The position numbers and the translations under genes were made by a program. Below, piece after piece: positions 41,796-53,767 of a stretch of 64,000 nt of DNA. The number at the start of each line of letters is the position of its first letter. The stretch's first letter is position 1. The notes under the pieces were generated by a model. The model ran no database searches and was not told the origin of the DNA. It saw only the letters and a list, made by a program, of their open reading frames with translations. Origin of the DNA: an uncultured Verrucomicrobiae bacterium (lineage in GTDB: Bacteria > Verrucomicrobiota > Verrucomicrobiia > Chthoniobacterales > JAFAMB01); assembly GCA_963762565.1 (NCBI GenBank), contig CAVXLD010000012.1:1-64000 (forward strand), given 5' to 3'.

Positions 41796-42038
41796 ATGCT
41801 AACCACAGAAATCCGGCTGGATACTCATAGCGGTCCTGTCACGCTCAACCCGCGGTGGCTTCGAATACCGGCCGCGGTCAAATACTCGGGTCTTTCTAGA
41901 TCAAAGCTTTATGAATTGCTTTCGGAAGGACGAATTCGATCCATATGCGTAAGGTCACAAAAGGGAGCACAACGTGGAGTTCGTCTCATTGACAGAGAAT
42001 CGATCGATCTTTTCATGGAAAGCCAAGAGTTCGCTTGA
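41796..42038 (+). CDS. Excisionase/AlpA-like HTH DNA-binding protein
   Basis: WLRIPAAVKYSGLSRSKLYELLSEGRI...RLIDRESIDLFM. Confidence 0.8.
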   Translation: MLTTEIRLDTHSGPVTLNPRWLRIPAAVKYSGLSRSKLYELLSEGRIRSICVRSQKGAQRGVRLIDRESIDLFMESQEFA

Positions 42039-42955
42039 AAATAACGATGGGAGAGGAAAAGAGAGCTTTCAAAGGGGTATGGATCTGCGCTGCTATTTTT
42101 CTCGATGAGAAACTAACTCCGGCCGAGAAGATATTGTTGGCAGAAATCGATTCCCTTACCGCAGACGATCAGGGTTGTTATGCCAGTAACGCACATTTTG
42201 CAAAGCGCCTGGGTGTGACCGAGTCGCGTGTCAATCATGTTGTGGCGCGGTTGACTCGTGAGGGATACATCATTCGGGTGTGTTACGACGGCCGAATTTC
42301 GCATAGGGTTGTAGCACCGGAGTACAGCAGCAATCCGGCGACTTCACGCCGATTGATAGAACGACACCGCAGACTTGCTAAAAATAGCAGTTCTGAATTG
42401 TCACATTCGGAAGATAGCAATTCAGAGTTGCTAAAAATAGCAACTCTGAGCTGTCAAAAAGAACAGCCCAGAACTGTCGAAAATAGCAGCGCCTTATTAT
42501 TAAAGAAAGTACCAACAGAAAGTACCAACAGAAAGAGAGAATACGACGACGACTACTTATGAGGAGAATAAACCTAAAGAAGCGTCGTCGTCGCGTTGTG
42601 CTTCTCTCTCTGTTTTGTCAGGCGGGGCGGAAGAGCCAGCTGCGGAAGCGTCGGATGAATTGGGGATGGCGAACGCGCAGGGCGACGCGCTAGCGCTTGA
42701 GCTCGGCAGGGAGTTCCGGCTCACTGGTAAGCAGCGTCAGACGGTGACTGAATATTGTGAGTCACACGGACAGGAGTATGTGCTTGGTAAGGCAGAGATC
42801 GTGCGATCGGCGCCGAGGAAAAACGCGGCGGGGGCTTTGCTAGGCGCGCTACGCGAGGATTGGCAGCCGCTGTTGAGACCGAAAAAAGGGCAGACAAAGC
42901 CGCGCGGTTAGCGGCCTCCAGGGCAATGGCAGCAAGGATGGGCTGGGAATGGTGA
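42035..42955 (+). CDS. Phage-type replication initiator (N-terminal HTH), with frameshifts near 42540 and 42870
   Basis: RAFKGVWI...LTPAEKILLAEIDSL...CYASNAHFAKRLG. Low-complexity linker with iterons, then TTTT and KNAAGALLGALREDW in shifted frames. Confidence 0.7.
42370..42493. repeat. Palindromic iteron array, putative replication origin
   Basis: Five related dyads starting at 42370, 42393, 42423, 42446 and 42469, followed by an AT-rich tract. Confidence 0.65.
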
Positions 42956-44729
42956 TGGGAACATCATCTTGCCAGATGTGCGGGCGGGAGCTTGGAGGCG
43001 TCCGGCGGCGTAATTGTGTGCGGCCGGAGCTCCAGGTTCGCGCCGAGCGTGTGTGACGGATGCGCCGGAGCCCGCTAAGCCAAGGAGCAGGCGCGCAAGG
43101 ATCCGAGCAGGAACCGTTGGGAGCGCCTATGTCCAGAGCTATATCGATGCACTCCAGGTTATCGCGACACCGATGAACATTACTACGAATTCCAGAGAGG
43201 GTCAGCGCAGCCAGCATGGTCCTGTGTAGAAAAGTTGCGTGAATCCGCTCCTTTAGTCACGGTGATGTCGATCAGAGCAGTCCCATCCGAAGCCAGCATA
43301 AGCTGATGCTGGTCATTAGCGTTTTCTACCGGAGCTGCTGCTGGCTTTTGCGTGCCGTCACAGCCGGTATCGGCAACGACCAGCAACAAGCGATAACGAC
43401 CGGTAACAAAAAGGGCTGACTGTTATCGACGCTTGCTGCTTATTGCCAGTGTATATATCCACAAGCTACTTTCGCCAGCCTAACGAAGTTAGGGGCATGT
43501 GCGACAATTCAATATCGAGCGAAGCGAGTCCTTGTTTTGGCTGCCGAAGGCGACTAACTGACGCGAAGCAGTGCACCTCTTCTGGACGGACTATACATAG
43601 GCAATGACACGAAATGATCCGCGTGACTAACCCATGCTAGACACTAGCGCGATAGGGCAGAGCGGCCGATGGTTGGTAAGGTAGTGGACACTTCCATGGC
43701 TGAGTTGGTGTGTTATCGAGCGCTGCATCTGTCAACGGCGACTATCATTAGAAGGAGCGGAAAGTCCGAGGCGAATTCATCCGGCTCTGGCGGAAGAATG
43801 CGGGCTTGAGCGACAAACTGATTCTTAAGGTGCCCGGCCGCCGACTTCTCTACATCGTGATCAAGCCGGATGACTCGGCGGGCCGAAGAGCGAACTCCTA
43901 AAGAGGGAGGCGCGGACGTAATACGCCGCCCCGAAAACTGATCTGTCGCCGCACGATCCGGCGATTGAGCTTCGCTTAGTTTGTGCGAAGGGCTCAGGTG
44001 CATCTCGAAGATAGAGGCTGAGCGGAAGCTTCGCACGGGTCCCGATGGCGGCTTCTGGACGTCAGAACGCTGCATCTCCTGGGCTCTCAGAGCCTCACCT
44101 GGAAAATCGTGAAGTTAAACAGCTGGAGCCTGACCACGGCCGCGTTGGCAGAGTCCAGTTTTCCGGTTCACTGGATTAAGCATCCAAAGGTCAACGCCAA
44201 AGCCTGGCTCTTGGTTGCGGCCGCGATGGTCCGCCCGGTTGTCCTCGCCCTATCTTTACCGCGCTCCAAGTCCTTCCGCGCTGTCGCTGAAGATCCGCAA
44301 TGGGTGTCTTCCACTACCTCACGTCACAGACATTGATGAGCGTGTATGAGGCTTACATGCTTGTTCCGCCGCCACCTTTTCGGCTTTGCAGACGAATGAT
44401 TTGTCGTCCTCCATTAGACCATTGCAACCAACCTGCTCGACCTAGCGCGTGATCTGAGAAATGAGAGCCATGACTCGTTAATGGGCAGAATCAGTCAGCC
44501 GCGTTGCGTTCGATTCCAAACGGGCTCGCCCCGATTTCGGCCTTGGGCTGAAATTTTCTATCACCTCGTCTCACTGATCCTCGGTCCGAGAACGACGGTT
44601 TTGTTACCGGACGGCGGGCTTAATCATTTTTCACACAGTTTTCCCACTTAGCTTCCACTGGAGAGATAGTGTTCTCTTTGATCGACGCGATCACTTCTTT
44701 TTGCACTCTCGTACACGAAGGTGTCTTGG

Positions 44730-44908
44730 AGGAAGTCGGCCACGACAATTGGCTGATCGCCAGTGTCGAGATTGATCACCCTCGCCGCCTGTTCCAGGAG
44801 CGGCAGCGCCAAGGCGCCGCTGGCTGCCGGAATCGCAGCGTTGTTGTTGTAGAAACCCTTGCCTTCCATGACGCCGACCGGTGACCTCGGTTCGTGCGAC
44901 GTCCCCAC
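44730..44908 (-). pseudogene. N-terminal fragment of a SAM-dependent carboxyl methyltransferase (SABATH-like)
   Basis: VMEGKGFYN...LALPLLEQAA...PIVVADF, after which similarity breaks off. Confidence 0.6.
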
Positions 44909-45003
44909 TCAGCGAGTTCATAGTGCGAGATTGACTACGGCCCGCCTATTCACGCGTTTTCAATGGAATTTATGCTTTTTAGATTTAGATTGCGAAAGTT
45001 CAA

Positions 45004-45350
45004 ATGAAAGGTCCCCCCCTTGGATTCCAATCGGTCAAGGTAGTTGCACTGGCAGCAACTGATGTCGTTCGGGCCAAACGTTTCTACTCAGAGACTCTTC
45101 AACTGGAAGAAGATCGCGAAGCGACCGACGAGGTGGGTTCCCGAATCGGTTGGCTGGGTGCGCTGATTACTCGCCAACATCCTCCTACCGACGATCCAAA
45201 TCCGCGCATCACTTTGCAAGTACAAGACGCTCGAGAGACCGAAAAACGACTAACAGAACGAGCAGTCACAATATCTGATCCGGTAAAGTTGTACGAAGAC
45301 AAGTTCTGGGTCGGTGGGTCCTCAACTCGGGAACAAACTCTGGTTTTGTT
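45004..45350 (+). pseudogene. VOC/glyoxalase family protein, degraded
   Basis: VVALAATDVVRAKRFYSETL and RITLQVQD motifs. C-terminus out of frame. Confidence 0.6.
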
Positions 45351-45798
45351 CCTACGCCTAATTCGCAAGCTCTCCCAGGACGAACGTCGAGCTCCTAGAG
45401 CAAGTCCGATCCGTACCGGGCCAGCGTCGAGTTTTCGTTTTGCACCATTTGGATTGCCGGCGTTCAAGCTGGGAAAGGCCACCGCCGAAGCAATAGCGGT
45501 TTCTGGGCTACGGCGCAGCTAACTGGCGTCAATTCTTCTCTGCTTTGTCGATGTTAACGTCGACATTGCTTTTGAAATCTTTTAATCCCCCTTGATTACC
45601 ACCGATGTAAAGTTTGCCTTTGTAGACGATCAAAGCGCCCGGGCACTCGGGGTCGGCTAGCGGAAGCATCCTGCCAGAAGCCATCGGTTGCGTCCGGCGT
45701 GGAACCCTACGGTTCTCTTGAGGTTTGCAATCGGTGCCGTGCCGGAGCAGTTCAGTTTTTCAGACCATGCAGGTCAGCTTAATCCCTGGAGCTCAATT

Positions 45799-46120
45799 AT
45801 CCCGAAGTATTTGACGGGAGTCACCGCCGTGCGCCGGAGGGAACAAGGGCCTACTGAAAGAAGGGGGTACAGCGCGGCGCGCTGTTGTCGAGAAGTTGAT
45901 GAAGAGCCTAGGCGGTCACCTCAAGGCTTACTATTTTGCGTTTGGGGAAAACGACGCCTACCTCATTACTGAAGTACCTGACAACGTGGTTCACGCTGCT
46001 CTCTCTCTCACGGTAAGTGCGTCCGGCTCGATACGTACGAAGACGATTGTATTGCTTACTCCTGAAGAGATTGATCAGGCAGCAAAAAAGACAGTTAAAT
46101 TTCGACCTCCGGGAGGCTAA
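45799..46120 (+). pseudogene. GYD domain protein with damaged 5' end
   Basis: PKYL...KGLLKEGGTARR...LGGHLKAYYFAFGEND...TIVLLTPEEID. Start reads ATC and a frameshift lies near 45840. Confidence 0.7.
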
Positions 46121-46177
46121 ACCGATTAGCGGTTCCTGCACAAAACGGCCGGAATGGCGTCACGAGTTTTCGTACCG

Positions 46178-46215
46178 AGGGTACTAGAGAGATCCGTGTA
46201 ATTTTATACGCTAAG
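46178..46215. repeat. Tn3-family 38-bp terminal inverted repeat
   Basis: agggtactagagagatccgtgtaattttatacgctaag fits the GGGG...ACGCTAAG pattern and abuts the tnpA 3' end. Confidence 0.7.
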
Positions 46216-46887
46216 GACGACCCTTTTTGCGCGACGGCGCCGGCGGACGAGCTTTCGATCGATGATATATGGCCGTAGAGCACGACGTTATCCCACTCGA
46301 TGGGGCTGACGTGTTCCAGCAGGGAGAGATCGATTCCATTGGCGACCGGGTCGCACTCACTCAGGACCCGAGAGATTTCGCACGCCTGCCAGTAGACGAT
46401 GCACGCCAGGATCAGGTTCAGGCAGCTGCATGTGTTCATCTGCCCCCACAGCTCGCGGGCTTGATCCGGCCGCGTCGCCCGTAAAAGACGTCTCTGGCCG
46501 AGGCATGGAGTTGCTCGACCTCGAGCAAGCCGCGCCGGATGCGCGGCGCAGTTCCGGCTCCGAGAGGGACTGGAGGATGAACTCGGTCTTGAAGATGCGC
46601 CCGAGATCCCGATTGGCGCGGTAGAACCGGTTCTTGGCGCTGAAGCCTACCAGGCGTTTCAGGGCCACTGACGCCGTGACGTGGCCGGCCTTGAGCGAGG
46701 CGTAGAGTTGACCCATGCGGTCCCAATGCTCGGCGATCTGCCGGTGTCGATGGTTTGATCGGCGCGGCTGATCAAAGACGCAAGCGAACCGTAGTCGCGG
46801 TTGGATCAATCCGGTAGATCGCTGGTGCTGGACTCCTCGGATGCGCGGGCAGAAGCGCAAGCCCAGCATGGCGAAGGCGGCGAGGTT
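46204..46887 (-). pseudogene. tnpA: Tn3-family transposase C-terminal remnant
   Basis: MLGLRFCPRIR, LGRIFKTEFIL, LNLILACIVYW and HVSPIEWDNV in several frames. Confidence 0.85.
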
Positions 46888-47310
46888 GGGGTAGGCACAA
46901 AACGGAAAATGAAGCCGATAACGCAGGGAAATCTCCTCGTAGTCAGAGTGCGAACCTTGGTCAGCAAGGCTAAATCCTGCGCCACAAGGCAGCCGGTTTT
47001 CGCGTGCCAGTCGTCACATAAAACGAGCTGTAATCTAATTCTGGAGCGTTTTTTAAGGACGAATGATCCTCGGGAACGCCTGAGCATACTTTAAGTTTCC
47101 GTTTCGTGAGGTCAGGCGTAATCCAAGACCAGACACTGCTTTAACTGGACGTAGTTGATCGCGTACGGAAACCCCAAGGCGCGTGATTTTCGTCTTGCAA
47201 TAAAATATTGGGATGACTAATTGTCTTAGATCTGAAAATGATATTTAAAGTCGAATAAATCACTGAACGTCATGAATGAAACCGCGAACGGACACCGTTG
47301 AAAAATTGAG

Positions 47311-48718
47311 ATGAAAAACGTGAATGACATATCCAAACAACTCAAAGGCATCGCTCTCTGGAGGGGCTCCACAGTACGGTAAGCGTTCCGCCGGGATCCG
47401 CTCATCCATGGCGGCAATATCTCGCGTTCGCGGGACCGGCCATGCTGGTCAGCGTGGGTTACATGGATCCCGGAAACTGGTCCACGGACTTGAGCGCCGG
47501 GGCCGGGTTCCAATACGAGCTGCTCTGGATCGTGGGCCTGGCGAGCCTCATGGCGATTTTCCTGCAGGTGGTCTCCGCCCGGCTCGGCGTGGTGACCGGC
47601 AAGGACCTGGCCCAATGTTGCCGGGACCATCTGCCCGGGTGGACGCGGTGGCCGAATTACCTCAGTTGCGAGATCGCCATCGCCGCCTGCGACCTGGCCG
47701 AGGTGCTGGGCAGCGCAGTCGCCATCCATCTCTTGTTCCCGCGCATTTCGCTGCTCGCCGCGGTCATCATCACCGCGTTCGACGTGCTTCTGCTCCTGTC
47801 GCTTCAGAGGTTGGGGATGCGGTTGATCGAGGCGGTGATCGTCGTGCTCATCGCGACGATCGGCGTCTGTTATTTCATCGAGATTTTCGTGCTACCGCAG
47901 ACCACGCCGAATCTGCTCGAAATGGCTTCTGCCACGGTCGCGCCGAACCTGGCAGCTTTCTTCCGCAACAAGGACATGGTTTACATCGCCATCGGCATCA
48001 TCGGCGCCACGGTGATGCCGCACAATTTGTATCTGCATTCCGCGCTGGTTCAGTCGAGGAAATTGCAAGCCGACGATGCATCGGTGCGCCGGGCGATCAA
48101 GTTCAATACACTGGATTCCGTCATCGCGCTGTCGCTTGCGTTTTTTGTCAATGCCGCCATCCTGGTGCTGGCGGCGGTGGTCTTTTTTGGCAAGGACAAG
48201 CTGACACTGCCCGGCGGCGAGGTGGTGGCGTTCAACGCGGACGCGGACTGGATTCAGGTGGCCTACCTGACGCTGTCGCCGCTGCTCGGCGTGGCGGCGG
48301 CAAGCCTTCTTTTTGCCCTGGCGCTCCTGGCCAGCGGGCAGAGCAGCACCATCACGGGTACGCTGGCCGGGCAGGTGGTGATGGAGGGATTCATGGATTG
48401 GAAGATCCGGCCCTGGGTGCGCCGGTTGATCACCCGCGTGGCGGCCATCATGCCGGCGATCTTCCTCATCGGCATGCGCGGGGACGGCGGAGTGAACGAT
48501 CTGCTGAACCTCAGCCAGGTGGTGCTGGCCATCCAGTTGCCGCTGGCGATGTTTCCGCTCCTCTGGTTTACCGGCTCCCGGAAGCTGATGGGATCGCATC
48601 GCAACGGCTGGTTCCTCGCCATCGCTGGCTGGGCATCCGCCTGCTCATCACGGCGCTGGACATTTATGGTTTGCCGGGCGCGATGCATGACGCGATGGCT
48701 GTATTCGCATCTCGCTAA
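47311..48718 (+). CDS. mntH: Nramp divalent metal (Mn2+) transporter with two terminal single-base frameshifts
   Basis: VGYMDPGNW, DLAEVLG, GATVMPHNLYLHS and GQSSTITGTLAGQ signatures. Confidence 0.92.
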
Positions 48719-48733
48719 AATCATTAGAAGTCT

Positions 48734-49170
48734 ATGTACCAAAAAATATTGGTAGCCCTGGATGCGACGGAGGCGGATGAGACGATCCTGGAGCATGTGA
48801 CCGCGCTGGCGCTGACCTTCGACAGTTCGTTGGTGATCCTGCACGTGGCGGATGGCTGGGCGGCGCGATTGTTTGGCGCGGATGCGGTGAGCCGAGATCC
48901 AGCGACGACAAGGCCTATCTGGAATCAGTCCGGGCCCGGCTGGCGGCGGAGGGCATGCGGGTCGAGGCGGAACTGGCTTACGGTGAACCTGCGGATCAGA
49001 TCGTCAGATGGGTCGAAAGTCGTGGGCTGTGACCTCGTGGCGATGTCCACCCATGGCCACCGGTTCATCAGCGACCTGCTTTACGGCAGCACGGCGGATA
49101 ATGTGCGCCACGGGTGGATGTGCCGGTGCTGATGCTCAAGGCGAGGAAAACACCTGCCAATCGTAAGTAA
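48734..49170 (+). CDS. Universal stress protein (frameshifted)
   Basis: MYQKILVALD, LHVADG, GEPADQIV and DLVAMSTHGHRFISDLLYGST motifs. Confidence 0.82.
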
Positions 49171-49319
49171 CACTATCCCCTCAATCCTGCTTGAGCGTGC
49201 CGCGTCGTGCTCGGGGTGGCTCCCCTCTTTATCTAAAAAACCTTCACCAGAAGAGCTCCGACTTAGGCTCTGGAATTTGGAGTACAAACATCTCGGCACC
49301 TGAAGCGTTGGAGGGGAGG

Positions 49320-49680
49320 ATCGAACAACTGAAAGCGGAGAGGACTACCTGGTCTGTATATTTGAGTCTATAGAAGAGAAGGGATAGGGAGATCTAGTCG
49401 CCGAATGTGGCTGAGTCTCTTGCAGTGGCCGAGTCAAGCGCTTCTGCGATGATCATGCGGTTGGCGCAAAAGGGCGATCTAAAGCATGAAAAATATCGGG
49501 GATTCACGCTCACGGGTTCTTGCAGAACCGCCACGGGCCGAGAGGTTCGCGCTCGGCGCTGGGGATTTACAGTTTTTTTGCAATCCCTCCATCCTCCAAA
49601 GAATATGATTCAACACGATGTCGATGGGTTGGGATAACGGCCCAGCCAGACACTCGAGCAGTTAAAGTTACTTGGTTCAA
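49320..49680 (+). pseudogene. DtxR/MntR-family metal-dependent regulator
   Basis: ESGEDYLVCIFESIEEKG, then a stop, then VAESLAVAESSASAMIMRLAQKG..HEKYRGFTLT...HDVDG. Confidence 0.7.
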
Positions 49681-49879
49681 CTGGAGCAAGACCAAATTGG
49701 GTCCAAACACGAGCTTAAACCGCCAGCCAGAGGGGTGGTAAGCAATCCACTTGCCTACATAAACTCAAATTTTGTCCAGATTGTTGAACAGCCAAAAAGT
49801 GTTAGCTAACTGAAACTCCTAACCATTAGATTAACTTCCTACTTACTTCTCACGAAAAGCTCTCATCCGTCTCCCTTCT

Positions 49880-51315
49880 ATGGCTCGTCGTCCGACGGTC
49901 TGTTAGGTGGTTGTTGCTTAACAGACAGACCAGACCCAGACCGGTCGGCTACCTGCTGGCAATAGGATCTGCACCGTTTTTTTTCTCGTGGTTGAGTTCC
50001 GCGCAACAGGCCTGGCCAAGCCCTTCTCCGACCTTGGTCTCGGTGGACGGAAAACAAGCCACAGCCTGAGCTTCCGGTGGAAACGAAGTGGACACGATCA
50101 TGCAAAATTGGGCTATCCATGGAGATGCGATTGAAGTTCTCGAAGGCCAACCGGGCTCCCATGACCCTTATAACGGTACGAATAGTCTGCGTTCGACCGA
50201 CAATTTCCGAAGACTTCCATGGCCGATCTCTTCTTTGATTTCCGGCTATGGCCCGGAGCAGAATTTTACTTCAACCCAGAATATTATCAGGGCTTTGGTT
50301 TAGGAGTTACTACGGTATCGCTGAGTTCCCCAACTCCAGGCATACAAGATTGGCAAGTATCGCGGTGATGTGTTCCTTCCCCATTCTTTTATTCGTCAGA
50401 TTATCGGCTTCGGAGGTGAGCAAGAGCATCTGGACGCCGGTCCGCTGCAGTTAGCTGAAAACGTTGATATTTCGCGGCTGACGATTACCGCGGGCAAAAT
50501 GGCCATCACGGACCAATTCGATAACAACACTTATTCTCACGATCCGAGCTCGCAATTTCTAAACTGGACTCTGGTCGATGCCGGTGCTTTCGACTACGCC
50601 GCGGACTGGTTGGGTTTTGAGTACGGTTTGACCGTCGAACTAAATCAAAAAGCGTGGCTGCTCGAGTCGGTTATTTTACTGTTCCCCGGTCAATGATCGT
50701 CTGGGGACCGATGGTCACTATCTTAAGGCCTATCAGCTGGCTGGTGAGCTGGAGGGACGATACCAAGCTCTTTGGCCATCCGGAGAAAGGTTCGCTTTAC
50801 TGGTTGGCTCCTGCACCAACATCTGCTGATTTTACGTCGCTGCTTGCTGATCAGAGTATCCTCATTAACGGCCTGCGCGAGCCTACCGATGGATTATGAC
50901 TGATTCTTGGCTTCGAACAGGAATTGGCGAAGGACGTCGGCGCGTTCGCTAGGTTCGCCTATCGGGATTCGCGTCTGAAGCCTACATGTTAGATAATCGA
51001 TCAAGCGCCTCGGTTGGTATTACTGTGAACGGTGAGCGCTGGGCTCGCTCAAACGATATTTTCGGAGTTGCCTTCGGGCTGGCCGACATCGGTGTGGCGC
51101 ATCGCGACTACTTTAACGCCGGTGGCTTGGGCGTCCTGATTGGCGATGGCGAGCTTCCCCATTTCGGCTACGAAAATTTCACCGAAACCTTTTACGATCT
51201 CGCAGTCTACAAGAACTTGAGTTTCACCCTGGATTGCCAACTCTTTTTTAATCCCGGCTACAATAGTGACAAAGGGCAGTCAGCGTTCTCTCAGGCCCGA
51301 TCACGTGCGCTCTAA
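49880..51315 (+). pseudogene. OprB-family porin resembling the high-affinity Mn2+ porin MnoP, multiply frameshifted
   Basis: RLTITAGKMAITDQFDNNTYSHDPSSQFLNW, GAFDYAAD, GGLGVLIGDG and NPGYNSDKG motifs. Confidence 0.72.
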
Positions 51316-51439
51316 GACGATGCAGCAATTCGAGCGAAGGCGCTATGTCCGACGAATCTGTGACTCGCGTGTACCAGCATCCCCGGCGACTTGAATAAGA
51401 GAAAGTGCCTGGCATTCGCCCTCTTTTTTGTCGGTTGGA

Positions 51440-51982
51440 TTACCGTCGGGAGCAGATCGAGAAGTCTGAGGACTGGGAATCGCAGTCGCAGAAACCATCG
51501 GTGTAGGGCTTGAGTCGAGTAGGCTTTGGTGCGCCATCGGGCACCTGGAAGTTTCCACGATAACCGGCATCATCGAGATATCTCTGCGAGTCACTTGGCT
51601 CCGGCGGGCAACGAACGAGGATGCGGTCCCAGTCAACCAGGACCGTCCGCACCTTGGACCTGAATGATCTCATTGTCCGGGCGGGCACCCCGACAGCCTT
51701 AATTTCACTCAGTAGCGTGGTTCGCGGCGAAACGTCTCGACCGACCCGGCCAGTAACCAAAGTCTGCCTGTGTCCGGACGTATCACGAGAAATCCCCCGC
51801 TTTCCAGTCTTAGTGACTGAGAAATCAAACTGCAGGTCCGTATTCCGATCATTCGGGGCGCTCTTGTCGATCAGATCCTGAGCCGGTAGGGAGCCTGCCA
51901 ACCCCAAAAAAGAGTTAAACCGCGCCACAGCGATTCACAACACGATTGATATCGACACCCGGCCAGTATCGTGATATTCCAT
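51440..51982 (-). pseudogene. Degraded gene, possibly a PfkB-family kinase remnant
   Basis: LVTGRVGRD...LLSEIKAVGV resembles the PfkB signature-1 region. Heavily disrupted. Confidence 0.25.
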
Positions 51983-52378
51983 CGCCCTTAATTCGGACGA
52001 ATTCCGGCATCGGTCAATAAGGAGCGCTGACAGAAGCCATTCGGGTTCCAGAGACTGGCTCTAACTGATAAATTAATACGACGCGAAGTATCGCTATCAA
52101 CAGGCCTTTGATGTCGATCCGAATGATGTCTGAATCTGAACGCTGAAACGCGGCTTACCGGTTAGCCTCCCGTGAGCTCAAAGACGTCGTTATGTGACCG
52201 TTCGGTGAGAAATGCTCCATGCTCCTGATTGGATCAGTGAAGACGATGGGGTTGAGGTCTGGCAGCTACCATAAGGATTTTGACTTTTTTTACCTCTTAT
52301 CCAGCTAAGGCGAAGCCGTCCGAGGCGTTGGATGCATGTCGACACCTTCTGGAAAGCCGCGAGAAAAGCGACAGCCGA

Positions 52379-53640
52379 TTAGTTTCGCGGGATGAAAAGA
52401 AGAGCACTTCGTTCAGGCGAACTCCCACAAGGCCCACCACCGCCACCACCGCCAACCCAAGCAGACCTTCCTCCTGAATCCTGCTTCCTTGTTATGCCTC
52501 GGATCAGCGGAACGTTAATTAGAATACTGGTAAGGCTCGACAGGATGATCCCATTACCGCCGGTCGCCGCGGATATTCCATGGTAAGCAATCAGCGTCGC
52601 CGCTAACGCAATAGAGGAGGCACTCGAAAGTAGGCCTCCCGCCGCGCTGACAAAGTAAAAACTCGGCGGTCCAAAATTCCGTTGAGCAAGAGCGCCAACG
52701 ACGTTGAGCGCCAGAAAAACCAGGCGACTTAAGGGCTGCGGAAAGCTTAAAAGGCGACTTAGAGCAACGCGGCCGTTTCTCCTGAACTGGCGTCTGTTGG
52801 GTAACGCCGCCACAATACCGCGCTGGCTAGTAGCATCAGGGTCAGCGGTATGCGCATGCCGTAGCCGCTTGTGAAGCCAAGACAATAACGATCAAACCGT
52901 TGTGCAGGACCATTGCCCCGGTCGCCAGCATGATCCCGCGATAGACCGATCGTTGTAGCGGCGCACCACTTCTTTCAGGCGAGTGGTCAGCTCGACTACT
53001 ACCTTCCGACTATTGACCAGGCCACCAAAGAACGCCGTGATCTCCATTCCCCGCGGCCAAAGCAATCATCAAGATGTAACTAACGATCCCAATTCCCGCG
53101 ATAATGATTACGCTGGCCCAGTTTGATTGCGGTTCGATCAGTCCCCATGGATCGACCGCATGGAGGGTAGGACCGAAAAATGACAAGTGTTAGGATCGCC
53201 AAGAGGATTGCCGAGCGGAGCTCTTTGTCGGACAACCCCCTCAGCCCCCCGAGATTGGCTGTTTCCAAACAAGCAGTGCGGCTTGACGACGCCAACCACA
53301 AGGGAGTGAAAACGTGACCTTGACCACAAAGGATTCCAGCAAATCCACCCAGTGTTAAAGCGGTTGAGGTCGTTAAGGCTAACGCTTTCTGCAACACCAT
53401 TTGCCGGTAGTTCTCCATGAGCCGCCATCGCCACAAAGCCCAATGCGATCGTGGAGAACATCGCCGATAAAACCTCCCAAGCATCCGAGCAAAGCCGTAA
53501 GGGCAAAAGTTCTTACGCCGTTCTTACCGCTGCGCTCGCGCTCCAGACCGATAAACAAGCCGATGGCGACCGCTAGGCCAGTCGGGTCAGAATCGGGACA
53601 AACGGCCAGTGCGACACCTGCCATAATTCGAAGCTGCATC
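52379..53640 (-). pseudogene. MgtC/SapB + DUF4010 membrane protein, frameshifted
   Basis: IGLFIGLERE..GVRTFAL, LTTSTAL, ELRSAI, DPWG, FGGLVNS and GGLLSSAS fragments. Confidence 0.8.
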
Positions 53641-53767
53641 TTGAGCAGTTCCCATCGTTGTACTCCAAACAGCGAACGTAAGGCTCTGGACCGGGAAGTC
53701 AGAGACAACAACTTTAAAATCGCATTACGAAGGACGCGTATGGTAGCATCAAGGCGATCTTTGAGGA

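Noticed and set aside
43478..43495. Integron attC site
   Set aside because: gcctaac-gaa-gttaggg is far too short, no cassette array is evident, and the integrase is not IntI-like.
47100..47310. yybP-ykoY Mn riboswitch upstream of mntH
   Set aside because: No recognisable conserved riboswitch elements by eye; an Rfam scan would be decisive.
47324..48718. 464-aa Arg/Gly-rich ORF and antisense ORFs over mntH
   Set aside because: Off-frame shadows of a GC-rich gene; only the last ~25 codons belong to MntH.
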